Positions 1 through 9,568 of a DNA stretch of 64,000 bases are shown here, piece by piece (positions within the stretch are counted from its first letter, which is position 1; every line of letters begins with the position of its first letter). The translations under genes and the position numbers were made by a program. Below the pieces are notes generated by a model. That model searched no databases. It saw only the letters and a list, made by a program, of their open reading frames with translations, and had not been told where the DNA came from. Origin of the DNA: a bacterium (GTDB lineage: Bacteria > Zhuqueibacterota > Zhuqueibacteria > Residuimicrobiales > Krinioviventaceae); the NCBI GenBank assembly GCA_963693055.1, contig OY843751.1, forward strand, positions 5,184,001-5,248,000, in the 5' to 3' direction.

Positions 1-317
1 TTATTACGAGTACGCATGATGCCGGCATCACGATCATCCAGTGGTGTATTGTTGATGGTAACCGGATCGGACCAGGTAGCGCCATTGTCCGTACTGGTAA
101 TCATCTGGGTCACTCCCCAGGGACAAACATGCGAGTCACGATCTCCGGAGAAAACCACATACAGCGTACCGTCTTTTCCCTTTTCAATGGTGGGCCAGCC
201 AATGTAACGGCCAGGTTGTTGACATATAACTTTTTCAGAAAGTATCTCTGCTTCAGGAGCAGCCATAACAATAGATACAGTAAAACAAATCAGGAACAAC
301 AGGGTCACATTTTTCAT
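1..317 (-). CDS. Secreted BNR/Asp-box sialidase-like protein (5' part only, runs off the window)
   Basis: Not in the ORF track. Manual translation from ATG at 317 gives MKNVTLLFLICFTVSIVMAAPEAEILSEKVICQQPGRYIGWPTI...ITSTDNGATWSDP...LDDRDAG, with a signal peptide and an Asp-box (S-x-D-x-G-x-T-W). Confidence 0.75.
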   Translation of the reverse strand, partial: MKNVTLLFLICFTVSIVMAAPEAEILSEKVICQQPGRYIGWPTIEKGKDGTLYVVFSGDRDSHVCPWGVTQMITSTDNGATWSDPVTINNTPLDDRDAGIMRTRN

Positions 318-379
318 CTTTTCCTCTTGATATTCATGGTATATTGTATCAAAAGATAAAAAATTTTTTCATAAAAACA

Positions 380-1153
380 TCAGTTTTTATTACTGACCAC
401 CCTGCATTTGGCGGGCATGTCGTGCAGCATTTGCTGCTCTTTATTAAAGAGCATGAGGATGTAGGCAATAAATATAGTCCATGAAGAAATAATCTTGAAC
501 AAATTACGCCCCACACATTGACCAAAAGTTGGTCGGTTGCCATCCATGTCTGTTACTTTTAACTGCATAGCCAGCTTGCCCAGGGTAGCTTGTTTCGCGG
601 AACTCTCCATCCAGATAAAATAAACCAAAAAAACTATATAAAAAAATACTTTTAAAAACAATTCCACTAAATAATACATATTTGGATTAATGCTCTCAGA
701 TTCAAAAACCCAAAAATTCGCGAGCATAAAAACAACTATAATCACCATAAACAACGCACTGTCAATCAATGAAGCAACACCACGACGAACAAATAACGAA
801 AACGTTGTAGAATCATATTCATCCTGTGAATCGAATGATCTGCCTTTCCAGCGATTTAAAGCAAACGCCAAAATCGTAAAAATCCACAAAGGCAAACTAA
901 AAATCAATGCCAATTTCATGGGATACCAGAAGAGCAATAACACAAAACCGTGATCAGGATAGCATTTATATGTATTGATTACACCACTAATTATTGCCAG
1001 AATCAATGGCAATAAGGACAGTAATGCATACACCCTGATTAATGCATTTTTTTTATACAGAAAAAGCAATGCTATACCTAATGGGAACAGAACCATTTCG
1101 AACATTAGCATAGGCCACGCCATAAAGCCGGCATCATTTACATATTCAACCAT
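380..1153 (-). CDS. RDD family membrane protein with N-terminal TM extension
   Basis: RRGVASLID, QATLGKLAMQLKVTDMDG and QQMLHDMPAKCRVV are RDD motifs. Confidence 0.85.
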   Translation of the reverse strand: MVEYVNDAGFMAWPMLMFEMVLFPLGIALLFLYKKNALIRVYALLSLLPLILAIISGVINTYKCYPDHGFVLLLFWYPMKLALIFSLPLWIFTILAFALNRWKGRSFDSQDEYDSTTFSLFVRRGVASLIDSALFMVIIVVFMLANFWVFESESINPNMYYLVELFLKVFFYIVFLVYFIWMESSAKQATLGKLAMQLKVTDMDGNRPTFGQCVGRNLFKIISSWTIFIAYILMLFNKEQQMLHDMPAKCRVVSNKN

Positions 1154-1301
1154 TTGAACAACCCCTTGTTTGATGAATCCCCATGCAGACCATTGTCAGC
1201 TATGAATTTGTATAATTCAATATACACTTTTTTCGCAAAATCACAACTTTATTGAATAGCAATAATCATTGATTTGTTACTCATTTTGATTAATTAAAGG
1301 A

Positions 1302-1847
1302 ATGTCCATAATGAAAAACATATTTTACTCCGCATTATTAACAGCTCTCTTTTCTACCGGTTCTGTGTTTGCTGAAAATCCACCAAAAACGGTGGAGCAT
1401 GTGGACCTTGAACGCTATACCGGCACCTGGTACGAGATTGCCAAATTGCCGAACCGGTTCCAGAAAAAATGCGCCTTTGGCACCACTGCAAATTATACCC
1501 TGATGGACAATGGCAGTATCCGGGTTATCAATCGCTGCTACAAAGAAAACGGTCAGGAAATAGATGCTAAAGGCCAGGCCAGAATTGTAGACTCTCAAAG
1601 TAACGCCAAATTACAGGTGAGTTTTGTCCGGTTCTTTTGGCGAAACTGGTTCTGGGGAGACTATTGGATCATTGGGCTGGATGACAATTACCAGTGGGCA
1701 ATCGTCGGTCACCCGGAACGAGAATACGGCTGGATACTCGCACGCACACCGCAAATCAACGATGAAATCCGGCAGCAAATAGATGCTATCCTAACAGATC
1801 AGGGCTACAATCCTGATGATTTTGTTAATACCATACAAACCCGATGA
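1302..1847 (+). CDS. blc: Bacterial lipocalin (Blc-like)
   Basis: VDLERYTGTWYEIAKLP, GDYWII..LD..YQWAIVG, WILARTP; N-terminal signal peptide. Confidence 0.9.
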   Translation: MSIMKNIFYSALLTALFSTGSVFAENPPKTVEHVDLERYTGTWYEIAKLPNRFQKKCAFGTTANYTLMDNGSIRVINRCYKENGQEIDAKGQARIVDSQSNAKLQVSFVRFFWRNWFWGDYWIIGLDDNYQWAIVGHPEREYGWILARTPQINDEIRQQIDAILTDQGYNPDDFVNTIQTR

Positions 1848-1858
1848 CAGGAGAACAT

Positions 1859-2371
1859 ATGTCAAAACTCATTCTATATGTCGCTACCAGCCTGGACGGG
1901 TACATTGCCCGCAAAGACGGTGGTGTGGACTGGCTGGCTCAGGCTGAAGATACAGGTTACGAAGAGTTTCTCCAATCCATTGATACCATCATCATGGGAC
2001 GGGAATCCTATAATTTTGTAGAAAATTGCGGATTCTGGCCCTACGAGGGCAAAACCTGTTATGTACTAACGCATAAAGAGATCAAAAATCCTATCGGAGA
2101 TATAATTACAATAAAAGGACAGGCTGACCAGGTTTACGTGGAAATCCGTGAATCCGCAAAAAGCAATATCTGGCTCATGGGTGGTTCCCAGATCGCCTCC
2201 CAGTTTCGTCAATGCAACCTCATCGACGAGTACTGGTTATATGTGCATCCCGTTTGGCTTGGAGAAGGCATTCCGCTGTTTACAACGCCCCTTCAGGAAG
2301 AACAGTTACAACCCGTTTCAAACCGGCAATTGTCTCATGGATTAATTGAACTGATATATAAACGAAATTAG
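1859..2371 (+). CDS. Dihydrofolate reductase / RibD C-terminal family protein
   Basis: YVATSLDGYIA, IIMGRESY, IWLMGG, LIDEY..YVHPVWLGEGIPLF. ATG at 1859 follows a GGAG RBS. Confidence 0.85.
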   Translation: MSKLILYVATSLDGYIARKDGGVDWLAQAEDTGYEEFLQSIDTIIMGRESYNFVENCGFWPYEGKTCYVLTHKEIKNPIGDIITIKGQADQVYVEIRESAKSNIWLMGGSQIASQFRQCNLIDEYWLYVHPVWLGEGIPLFTTPLQEEQLQPVSNRQLSHGLIELIYKRN

Positions 2372-2479
2372 ATCAAATTCCCCTGACTCAATAATTCACA
2401 ACCAACCTGGTAAAGACTTGATCTTAAAAGCTAATTGTTATCCTTGCGAAACTAGAGTTCCGCAAGGAGTAATATTAAC

Positions 2480-2518
2480 AAAAAAGCCCTGCAAAGTATC
2501 TACTCTACAGGGCTTTTT
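2480..2518. terminator. Probable bidirectional intrinsic terminator
   Basis: aaaaaagccctg...cagggcttttt hairpin with A/T tails between convergent genes. A second hairpin (tccttgcg...cgcaagga) lies at about 2441-2468. Confidence 0.75.
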
Positions 2519-2538
2519 CTAAATATTTTTAAACAACA

Positions 2539-3558
2539 TTAGCTGTTCAAATCACGTTTCACAGATTGCAATTCTTCTTCAATCTCTTCAACCAGTTCGT
2601 TAATAATTTCTTTAACTGACTGGACTTTATTTATGAGACCTACTGACTGACCTGCCATGAGTGATCCGCGCATTACATCACCGTCAATAACGGCACGGCG
2701 CAAAGCACCCATCCAGAATTCTTCCACTTTCATCTGAGCATCTACTCTAGTAATTTTGCCATCATTCAATTGTTTAATAAGATCAAGCTGCAAATCACCA
2801 AACTCATCATGGCCTTTGTTGCGTAACGCACGCACAGCAACAACCGGCAAACGACTGTCGAATTGCGGGGTTGATACCGCGTCACGAGCGTTTGAACGGA
2901 TAAATTTTTCCTTAAATTTTTCATGGGCAACACTTTCTTCCGCAACTGCGAATCGGGTACCCATTTGAACACCTGCCGCACCCATCAGAAACAAGTGCGC
3001 GCTCATTTTACCGGTTGCAATGCCTCCGGCAACAAATACAGGAACATCTTTGACCTCAAACAAAACCTGCTGTAACAAAATCGCCAGACTTACATGGCCC
3101 ACGTGCCCACCGGCTTCCATGCCTTCAAGAATCAGTCCTTCTGCACCATAACGTACCATACGTTTGGCAATAGACTCGGTAGATGCAAAGCACAATACAG
3201 TTGCGCCCGTATCTTTCACTTTTTGAATATCATCTTTACCGGGAATACCTCCGGCAAAGATCACATAAGGCAGTTTTAAATCGCGTACCAGTTCAAGATG
3301 GTCCTGATAAGCTGGTGCAATGGTGATCAAATTTACCGCAAAGGGATTGCTTGTTAAAGACCGGGTTTCTTTGATCTGGGCTTCAAGAATTTCAGGAGGC
3401 GTATTACCGCCCGCCAAACAGCCCAAACCACCGGCGTTAGACACTGTTGAAACCAGTTTGGGATCACTGATCCAGGTCATTGCTCCACTGATAATAGGAT
3501 ATTCTATACCAAAAAAATCACGTCCACGTTTAAAATATTTGTCTATCAGTTTACTCAC
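2539..3558 (-). CDS. Nitronate monooxygenase / FabK-like flavoprotein
   Basis: YPIISGAMTWIS, EGMEAGGHVG, VPVFVAGGI, GAAGVQMGTRF, GSLMAGQSVGLI. Confidence 0.85.
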   Translation of the reverse strand: MSKLIDKYFKRGRDFFGIEYPIISGAMTWISDPKLVSTVSNAGGLGCLAGGNTPPEILEAQIKETRSLTSNPFAVNLITIAPAYQDHLELVRDLKLPYVIFAGGIPGKDDIQKVKDTGATVLCFASTESIAKRMVRYGAEGLILEGMEAGGHVGHVSLAILLQQVLFEVKDVPVFVAGGIATGKMSAHLFLMGAAGVQMGTRFAVAEESVAHEKFKEKFIRSNARDAVSTPQFDSRLPVVAVRALRNKGHDEFGDLQLDLIKQLNDGKITRVDAQMKVEEFWMGALRRAVIDGDVMRGSLMAGQSVGLINKVQSVKEIINELVEEIEEELQSVKRDLNS

Positions 3559-3663
3559 ATCAACTCCTCATATTCATGTATATATTTATAACAATTTAAC
3601 AGTATTTCGGGAGAATCACAACACCTTATGAACAACCAGATGAACTAAATTCATCCGATATTT

Positions 3664-6411
3664 TCAGTTTTCTCCAAAATAAAAATACAGTGTTCCGGTG
3701 TAATCTCCATTTGCTTCAAAAGGTACGCCATGGGGGCCTGTATTCACAGCATCTCTGAATTTTGTACCGATGGGAGATATACCATGCAAAAACGAAATAT
3801 CTCCTCCCGGAAATGGTGCTGTTGCAGTCCTTGCATCCTTGCCCAGGTTGGGCGTCAGCATGCGCAGGTACAGATCATCCTGATCAGTCATGACTGTGAT
3901 TGGGCCTTCTTTGGTATCTATCACCACCCAATGAAACGCGTCGTAATATCCCTTGAACTCGGGATAATCCCATGACTCGCCGGGAGTAGTATCGTTGTAA
4001 TCATTCTGCCATACATTCAACATAACACCTGCGGTACGGTTTTTCCAGACACGGTAAGGCCCCATACCCAGCCATTTCATTCCCTGCACCATCTCTTCAG
4101 GATAATCAAAGGATACGCCCATAAAATCATGATATCCGTACAAACGATATTGATAGTCCAATTTCAACCAACCAGAGGCATAAACCGTCCATTTTAAATG
4201 GATAAAATTACCGGAATGAAAATTGCTTTCAATCACATAGGTACCATCTTCATCGCCATAATGGACCGTTGCGGGACGATCACCGCCAGCAGCCAACCGG
4301 GGACCATTGTTGAGCGAAATCGTATTGCCATCCTTTTTGACCGAACGCAGCTTGCCGCGGCGGGTTTCAAAAACATATTCCATGTTAGCAGCTTTGACGA
4401 CTAAATTGTTGCCGCTGGTATCGGCTTGAATTTTGCCGCCCTTGATATCCACAATCGGAGCAACATATTTCCTGGATTTTTGTAACGGAAAGCTCCAGGT
4501 ATAAATATCCCGTCCTGTGTTTGCTTTTGCATTCACGTACAAGACATCATACCCGGAAAAAGTATCAGGCATTTCCAGTAACAGTTGAGATTTTTCACCA
4601 GGTGCGCAACTCACCGGAGCGATCTGAACATCCACGCGTGATGCCAGTCCTTCCGCATCATCAAAGGGACCGGGAAAGGTGCCCAACCACGCACTAAAGC
4701 TGCATTGATCCAGATTGGTATAGTAATAGCGGTTCTCTACAGGGATGGCACCGTTAAATCCACTATCTAGTACTTTTTCAACAATATAAACGGGCGAATA
4801 AATCTCTTTGATGGCAAAGAAACTGGCCTCTTTTTCATGATGCGGCCCTAAAATCCCGTCCGGGGCCTGATTGCCAGCATTGTCTATGATATTATTCTTG
4901 TCAGTTCTGACTACACCTTCATCCGCAAACACCCATGAAAATGCACCGGCATTGTACTTTTTATCATAGGCCATATCCCAATAATCCTGCAAACCCGCAC
5001 CATGGCCTCCATCGTACAGGCCATGCCAGATCTCGGTGGGCATCAGTAGATCCGAACCATCGTCCAGCATTTTGCGAAACATTTCAAAATCCTGATAATG
5101 CGATGTATTGATTCCACTTGCTGTCTCCCAGGGATGCAGTACATTCCGTTTTTGCGGGTCCCATTTGGAAAACTCGGGCACCAGTTCATAATTGAATCCA
5201 CCTTCGTTACCATTGTCCCAGAACAAAATACAAGGATGGTTCACATCGCGCGTTACCAGTTCTTTTACCAACCGTTTTCCGGTTTCGGTATCATAAGCTG
5301 CCTGCCAGCCGGTCAATTCATCCAGAACAAACAGTCCCAGAGAATCACACACATCCAGAAAATGCGCGTCAGGAGGATAATGAGACATGCGTACCGCGTT
5401 CATATTCATATCTTTGATCAGGTTCACATCCTCAATACTGAGCGATTTGCTCAAAGTACGTCCGCTTTCCGGCCAAAAAGAGTGTCGGTTCACGCCTTTT
5501 AAATGTACTTTGACATTATTGACATAAATCCCATCGCCTTTACGGACCTCAACCGTGCGGAATCCGAATTTTTGCGTGGTCAGGTGCATTACATCCGCCG
5601 CTTTTAATCGAATTTCTGCAACGTACAGATCTGGAGTTTCGGCTGTCCACAGTTGCGGATTCTCTATTTGGGTGGTCAATCTCACATGGGTATCATTTTT
5701 ATTGATCTGTGTGGAAAAAGGACTACCAACATTCTGACCATCTGTGGTTTTGATCTGGCATTCCACCTGCTTTGCCAGTTCAATATTCTCGAGAAACACA
5801 TCCACGGCAAAAGAGCCATCCGCTTGCGCGTCAATAGCAACACGGTCCACATGCTCCCAGGGAAGCGCGCGCAAATAAACAGGTCTGAATATGCCGCCGA
5901 ATATCCAAAAATCCGCTACCCGCTCTGCCAGGTTTACAGATTCGTTGGATGATTTTTTGCTTACGGTTACTTCAAGCATATTTTCTTCACCGGCGCGTAC
6001 CAGCCGGGTGATGTCATAACTGAAACGATAAAATGCACCCCGGTGCACAGGCCCTGCTGACATGCCATTGATCCACACCTCGGTATCGGTCATGGAGCCT
6101 TCAAATACCAGCTCTATCTTTTTACTGTACCAGTTTTGTGGTACCATAAAAGCATAACGATACTTGCCCTGCTCGTCTGCGTGGGGAAGCTGCCGACCAT
6201 AGTTGTAGTTGCCAAATCCCTGTAATTCCCAGCAAGATGGCACCGAAATCTTTGTCCATTTATTGCTGTTCTGGCCGCCGGTTACCATAAAATTCCAATT
6301 TACCGTATTGTCATTTCCCGTTCCGGACAGGTATTGGATCTCGGTAGTCCGAGCCAATAGAGATACCGCTGTAATCAAAACAGTCCATATCACAAATCTA
6401 TATTTCAACAT
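3664..6411 (-). CDS. Glycoside hydrolase family 2 (beta-galactosidase-like), secreted
   Basis: FEGSMTD..VWING, DFWIFGGIFRPV, FGFRTVE, KGVNRH, MNAVRMSHYP, WDNGNEG (acid/base Glu). Confidence 0.9.
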   Translation of the reverse strand: MLKYRFVIWTVLITAVSLLARTTEIQYLSGTGNDNTVNWNFMVTGGQNSNKWTKISVPSCWELQGFGNYNYGRQLPHADEQGKYRYAFMVPQNWYSKKIELVFEGSMTDTEVWINGMSAGPVHRGAFYRFSYDITRLVRAGEENMLEVTVSKKSSNESVNLAERVADFWIFGGIFRPVYLRALPWEHVDRVAIDAQADGSFAVDVFLENIELAKQVECQIKTTDGQNVGSPFSTQINKNDTHVRLTTQIENPQLWTAETPDLYVAEIRLKAADVMHLTTQKFGFRTVEVRKGDGIYVNNVKVHLKGVNRHSFWPESGRTLSKSLSIEDVNLIKDMNMNAVRMSHYPPDAHFLDVCDSLGLFVLDELTGWQAAYDTETGKRLVKELVTRDVNHPCILFWDNGNEGGFNYELVPEFSKWDPQKRNVLHPWETASGINTSHYQDFEMFRKMLDDGSDLLMPTEIWHGLYDGGHGAGLQDYWDMAYDKKYNAGAFSWVFADEGVVRTDKNNIIDNAGNQAPDGILGPHHEKEASFFAIKEIYSPVYIVEKVLDSGFNGAIPVENRYYYTNLDQCSFSAWLGTFPGPFDDAEGLASRVDVQIAPVSCAPGEKSQLLLEMPDTFSGYDVLYVNAKANTGRDIYTWSFPLQKSRKYVAPIVDIKGGKIQADTSGNNLVVKAANMEYVFETRRGKLRSVKKDGNTISLNNGPRLAAGGDRPATVHYGDEDGTYVIESNFHSGNFIHLKWTVYASGWLKLDYQYRLYGYHDFMGVSFDYPEEMVQGMKWLGMGPYRVWKNRTAGVMLNVWQNDYNDTTPGESWDYPEFKGYYDAFHWVVIDTKEGPITVMTDQDDLYLRMLTPNLGKDARTATAPFPGGDISFLHGISPIGTKFRDAVNTGPHGVPFEANGDYTGTLYFYFGEN

Positions 6412-6553
6412 ATCCAACTCCTGGGGATTATTTCGTCTAATAAATCGCTATATTTTAATTTTAGTACAATTTTAAATATAATAAAATATTTGGAATATTT
6501 ACAAGGTTATTATACATTATAAAAAGCAAACAGCAAGTACAAGGAGGCAATTC

Positions 6554-7351
6554 ATGGCCATAGATTTTAATTCACTCAACACAATCATAGAAGGCAAAAC
6601 CAAGATTATTTATGAAAATCCGGATAACCTTAAAACGGTTTTCATGAAATTCAAAGACGACATTACCGCGGGAGATGGAGTCAAGCACGATGTCATTGAA
6701 GGCAAGGCCCAACTGGACTGGCAAACCAACAAGGACATTTTTGAATATCTGAACCGCTGTGGTGTGCAGACTCACTATATCAACAGTCCCGAGGACATGG
6801 TCTCTGAAGTTAAAAAACTCGATTTCAAGATCAATCTCGAGGTTGTAACGCGCCGCGTGGCTACGGGTTCCATTCTGCATTGGGGCAATGCCGTTGAAGG
6901 CACCTGGTACGATCCCGTGATCACCCAGTTCCACTATAAAGACGATCCCCTGCACGATCCATTATTGGACGAAAAGTATGTGCAATACATTATTTCAAAA
7001 AAAGACGGCTGGGAATACAAGAAAATGGTAGAGCTCAACCAGGTTGCGTTCCTGCATCTTGAAAAAGCCTTTGCCAAATTCAACATCCAGTTGATGGATA
7101 TGAAGCTGGAATACGGACTCATTGACGGCGATATTTTTCTGATCGATGAAGTGTCCGGTGGCTCGTTCCGCCTGTGGCCCTATGCCAAAGAGAATCCCAA
7201 TTTTAACCAGGAAAACGTCATGACAGAACTGGACCCCAAGGGCAGACTGGACAAGGACGTCTACCGTATGGGCGGCGAGCTGGATACGGTCCGTTCCAAA
7301 TTCCAGGTCATTGCCGACATTACCAAACAATTCAAAGACCTTGAGGTTTAA
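6554..7351 (+). CDS. purC: SAICAR synthetase
   Basis: EGKTKIIY, KDDITAGDG, LEVVTRRVATGS, DMKLEYG, LIDEV..SFRLW, LDKDVYR. Confidence 0.85.
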   Translation: MAIDFNSLNTIIEGKTKIIYENPDNLKTVFMKFKDDITAGDGVKHDVIEGKAQLDWQTNKDIFEYLNRCGVQTHYINSPEDMVSEVKKLDFKINLEVVTRRVATGSILHWGNAVEGTWYDPVITQFHYKDDPLHDPLLDEKYVQYIISKKDGWEYKKMVELNQVAFLHLEKAFAKFNIQLMDMKLEYGLIDGDIFLIDEVSGGSFRLWPYAKENPNFNQENVMTELDPKGRLDKDVYRMGGELDTVRSKFQVIADITKQFKDLEV

Positions 7352-7353
7352 TC

Positions 7354-7378
7354 AAAGCGGCGCACAGCCGCTTTTTTT
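7354..7378 (+). terminator. Intrinsic terminator after purC
   Basis: aaagcggc-gcaca-gccgcttt hairpin followed by a T-run. Confidence 0.8.
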
Positions 7379-7443
7379 ATATAAAGGTACACCTCCCGGC
7401 GATTGTTGAAAAAGGTCATAATCTTGAAAAAAAACAGCAACTC

Positions 7444-7588
7444 TCCGACCCAAATTCGATTTGGGTCGGAACTATGGTGCGAAGCTCTGCTTCGCAAGCA
7501 TTTGTAAATCAACAATCTGCGCATTATGAAATTTTATCCAAGCAAAGCTTGGAGCCAACTTTCCTTACCAAATAAAATTTGGTAAGGA
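7444..7588. repeat. Cluster of four REP-like palindromes
   Basis: tccgacccaaat-tcg-atttgggtcgga; gcgaagc-tct-gcttcgc; tccaagc-aaa-gcttgga; tccttaccaaat-aaa-atttggtaagga. Confidence 0.65.
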
Positions 7589-7659
7589 GATTGTATAAAT
7601 TTTTAAACAGTCACCCGGAAGTGTATTCAAGATACTTTCGAATCGACAGGTAAAACCCA

Positions 7660-8031
7660 ATGAATCCCATACGCATAAAATACCTCATCACCCTCACTCT
7701 CCTCATCCCCATTGGTCTGGGGACAAAATTCTATTCCGGTCCGTTACAGGACTGGGTGCATGCTTACGCGGGGGATATTTTCTATCCCATGTTCTGGTAT
7801 TTTCTGCTCATATTCTTTTTCCCGCGCATGAATCCCCTTATAGCCGCACTGATTATATTTACATATTCTACCGCAATCGAATTTACGCAACTGCTCAGTT
7901 CTCCCCTGTTGCAACGCATCCGCAGTCATTTTCTCGGTAGAACGCTCATCGGCGTTCAGTTTGTGGCAATGGATATTCTCTATTACGGGATTGGATGTGT
8001 GCTGGGGGTAGGGTTGCAAAAGATACTTTAA
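7660..8031 (+). CDS. DUF2809-like small membrane protein
   Basis: YAGDIFY, AIEFTQL, RSHFLGRTLIG..F...DILYYGIG pattern. Confidence 0.75.
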   Translation: MNPIRIKYLITLTLLIPIGLGTKFYSGPLQDWVHAYAGDIFYPMFWYFLLIFFFPRMNPLIAALIIFTYSTAIEFTQLLSSPLLQRIRSHFLGRTLIGVQFVAMDILYYGIGCVLGVGLQKIL

Positions 8032-8115
8032 CTCACAGGTTCCCAATCAACTCTCCGGAAACCGTAATAACGGGCACGGCTTCGGAAGGTGCATCAAAAT
8101 AACTTGTAAAAAGGA

Positions 8116-8155
8116 AAAACTAACGATCGTGACAGAGATGATCTCTGTCACGATC
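8116..8155. repeat. 40-bp palindromic repeat, copy 1
   Basis: aaaactaac-gatcgtgacagagat-g-atctctgtcacgatc; second copy at 23092-23131. Confidence 0.8.
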
Positions 8156-8222
8156 AGGAAATCAATTTTCTGCGCCCCTGCGTCCCCAGCGTTTAAATAT
8201 CAATTTATTCTAAAAAGACTTG

Positions 8223-8532
8223 CTATCCATTCTTTAACGATTCCATCAACTTTAAAAAGTAAATCGGTTCTTTTTTCGTATACAAATCTTTCCAGGCCTC
8301 CAGCGTGTTTGCATTGAACAAATCCAATAATTTTAGGATCTCATAGGTAAATTCAATGGGATTCAAGCCGGAGGCAGTAATTAAATTTTTATCGTTAACA
8401 GCCGGACTATTTTGAAATAACGCCTCTCCCTTGTATGCTTTACAGGCATATTTTAAATATTCTTTATCATTGCTGGTATGTTTCTTATTATCCAACGCTC
8501 CGATATTGGCAAGTCCTGTGGTTGCTCCGCAT
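8223..8532 (-). pseudogene. 3' fragment duplicate of the DJ-1/PfpI gene at 10151-10774
   Basis: Near-identical to about 10153-10460 (CGAT.GLANIGALDNKKHTSNDKEYLKY...LMESLKNG). The 5' half is absent. Confidence 0.85.
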
Positions 8533-8836
8533 GCGGCCCCGACGTTAAAATTTAAAAAAGTCCGTCTACGACGGTCAAACGAAATGAATTTCGTTCTACT
8601 GTTCCGTGTTATTCCGTGATTCTTCTTTACAACCCGATCCTTTGATACATCCCGTCCGCCAACTAGCGATCGAACACTCGGGAATCGGGCTGGTAATTTT
8701 TGTATTTAGAGCTTTTCTACCTTCCTGCGGATGTGGTTCGTGGGCAATTTTTGAATGGAGCAGATCCAATCAAATCAACCGAAATTCTGAAATGCCGCAC
8801 TATCATATGGATCAATAACCACTTATTTCACCGCAT

Positions 8837-8852
8837 TGGCACATATATTGCT
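8837..8852 (+). promoter_or_regulatory. Sigma54 (-24/-12) promoter
   Basis: TGGCAC-ATATA-TTGCT matches the RpoN consensus and spacing, about 44 nt before ATG 8896. Confidence 0.65.
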
Positions 8853-8895
8853 ATACAGATTTATATCAAACCATCTTGAATTCAAAAGGACCAAT

Positions 8896-9480
8896 ATGAT
8901 TAACAGCATACTCGCCGCAAAGCAGACACTGGCTGTAAATTTGACACAAGCCCCATCACAATTAAATACTGCAAATTCTAAAAATATTAAAACAGCCACT
9001 GACACGGTTAATATCTCAAATGTTGCAAAATCTTTATTTCAGAACAGCATACTCCCTCCAGATCAAAGAAATTCAGAATCTCTTAGCGACATAGATGTAG
9101 CGCTGTCAGAAACAACAGCAGCCCTCGAAGAACAATTGCAAACTCTTTATTCTAAATATGGAATATCTTCCGATTCCAGCATGACAATCAGTGTTGCCAG
9201 CGATGGAAGCATTCTCGTCAATGGTAACAGTCCCGAGTCAGAAACTCTTGCTGATGCAATTAATGCTGATGACGGAATATCCAATTCAATCAGAGAATTA
9301 TCGGCCAAAGCCGCATTATTAGAAGCAGCAAAAAAACACCAGGAATTTACCGAGGCCTATAAAAAAGATCCAAAATCTGCAATTGAAGAGTATGGATATT
9401 TATTCGATGACAATAAAACATATCATACAACATTCTCAATGCAGAACGGTCACATTGATATAAACGTAGAATATTATTAA
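8896..9480 (+). CDS. Hypothetical protein (Ser/Asn-rich N-terminus, DTVNIS motif)
   Basis: 194-aa ORF with an AAGGA RBS before ATG 8896; no family recognised. Confidence 0.65.
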   Translation: MINSILAAKQTLAVNLTQAPSQLNTANSKNIKTATDTVNISNVAKSLFQNSILPPDQRNSESLSDIDVALSETTAALEEQLQTLYSKYGISSDSSMTISVASDGSILVNGNSPESETLADAINADDGISNSIRELSAKAALLEAAKKHQEFTEAYKKDPKSAIEEYGYLFDDNKTYHTTFSMQNGHIDINVEYY

Positions 9481-9568
9481 TTCAGCTCTGCCCTTGATAG
9501 CTTTTAATTTTCCAACGCCCCATCTGTTGCTAGCGGAAATGAACCAGATCAGTTCACTGCTTAATACC

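Noticed and set aside
7398-7416. gcgattgttgaaaaagg resembling an IS end
   Set aside because: No partner inverted repeat or transposase remnant found.
7444-8155. Palindromes as a CRISPR array or attC cassette sites
   Set aside because: No regular repeat-spacer periodicity, no consistent RYYYAAC/GTTRRRY ends and no integrase.
8620-8820. Possible further gene remnant on the minus strand
   Set aside because: Stops in the frame examined and no recognisable motif.
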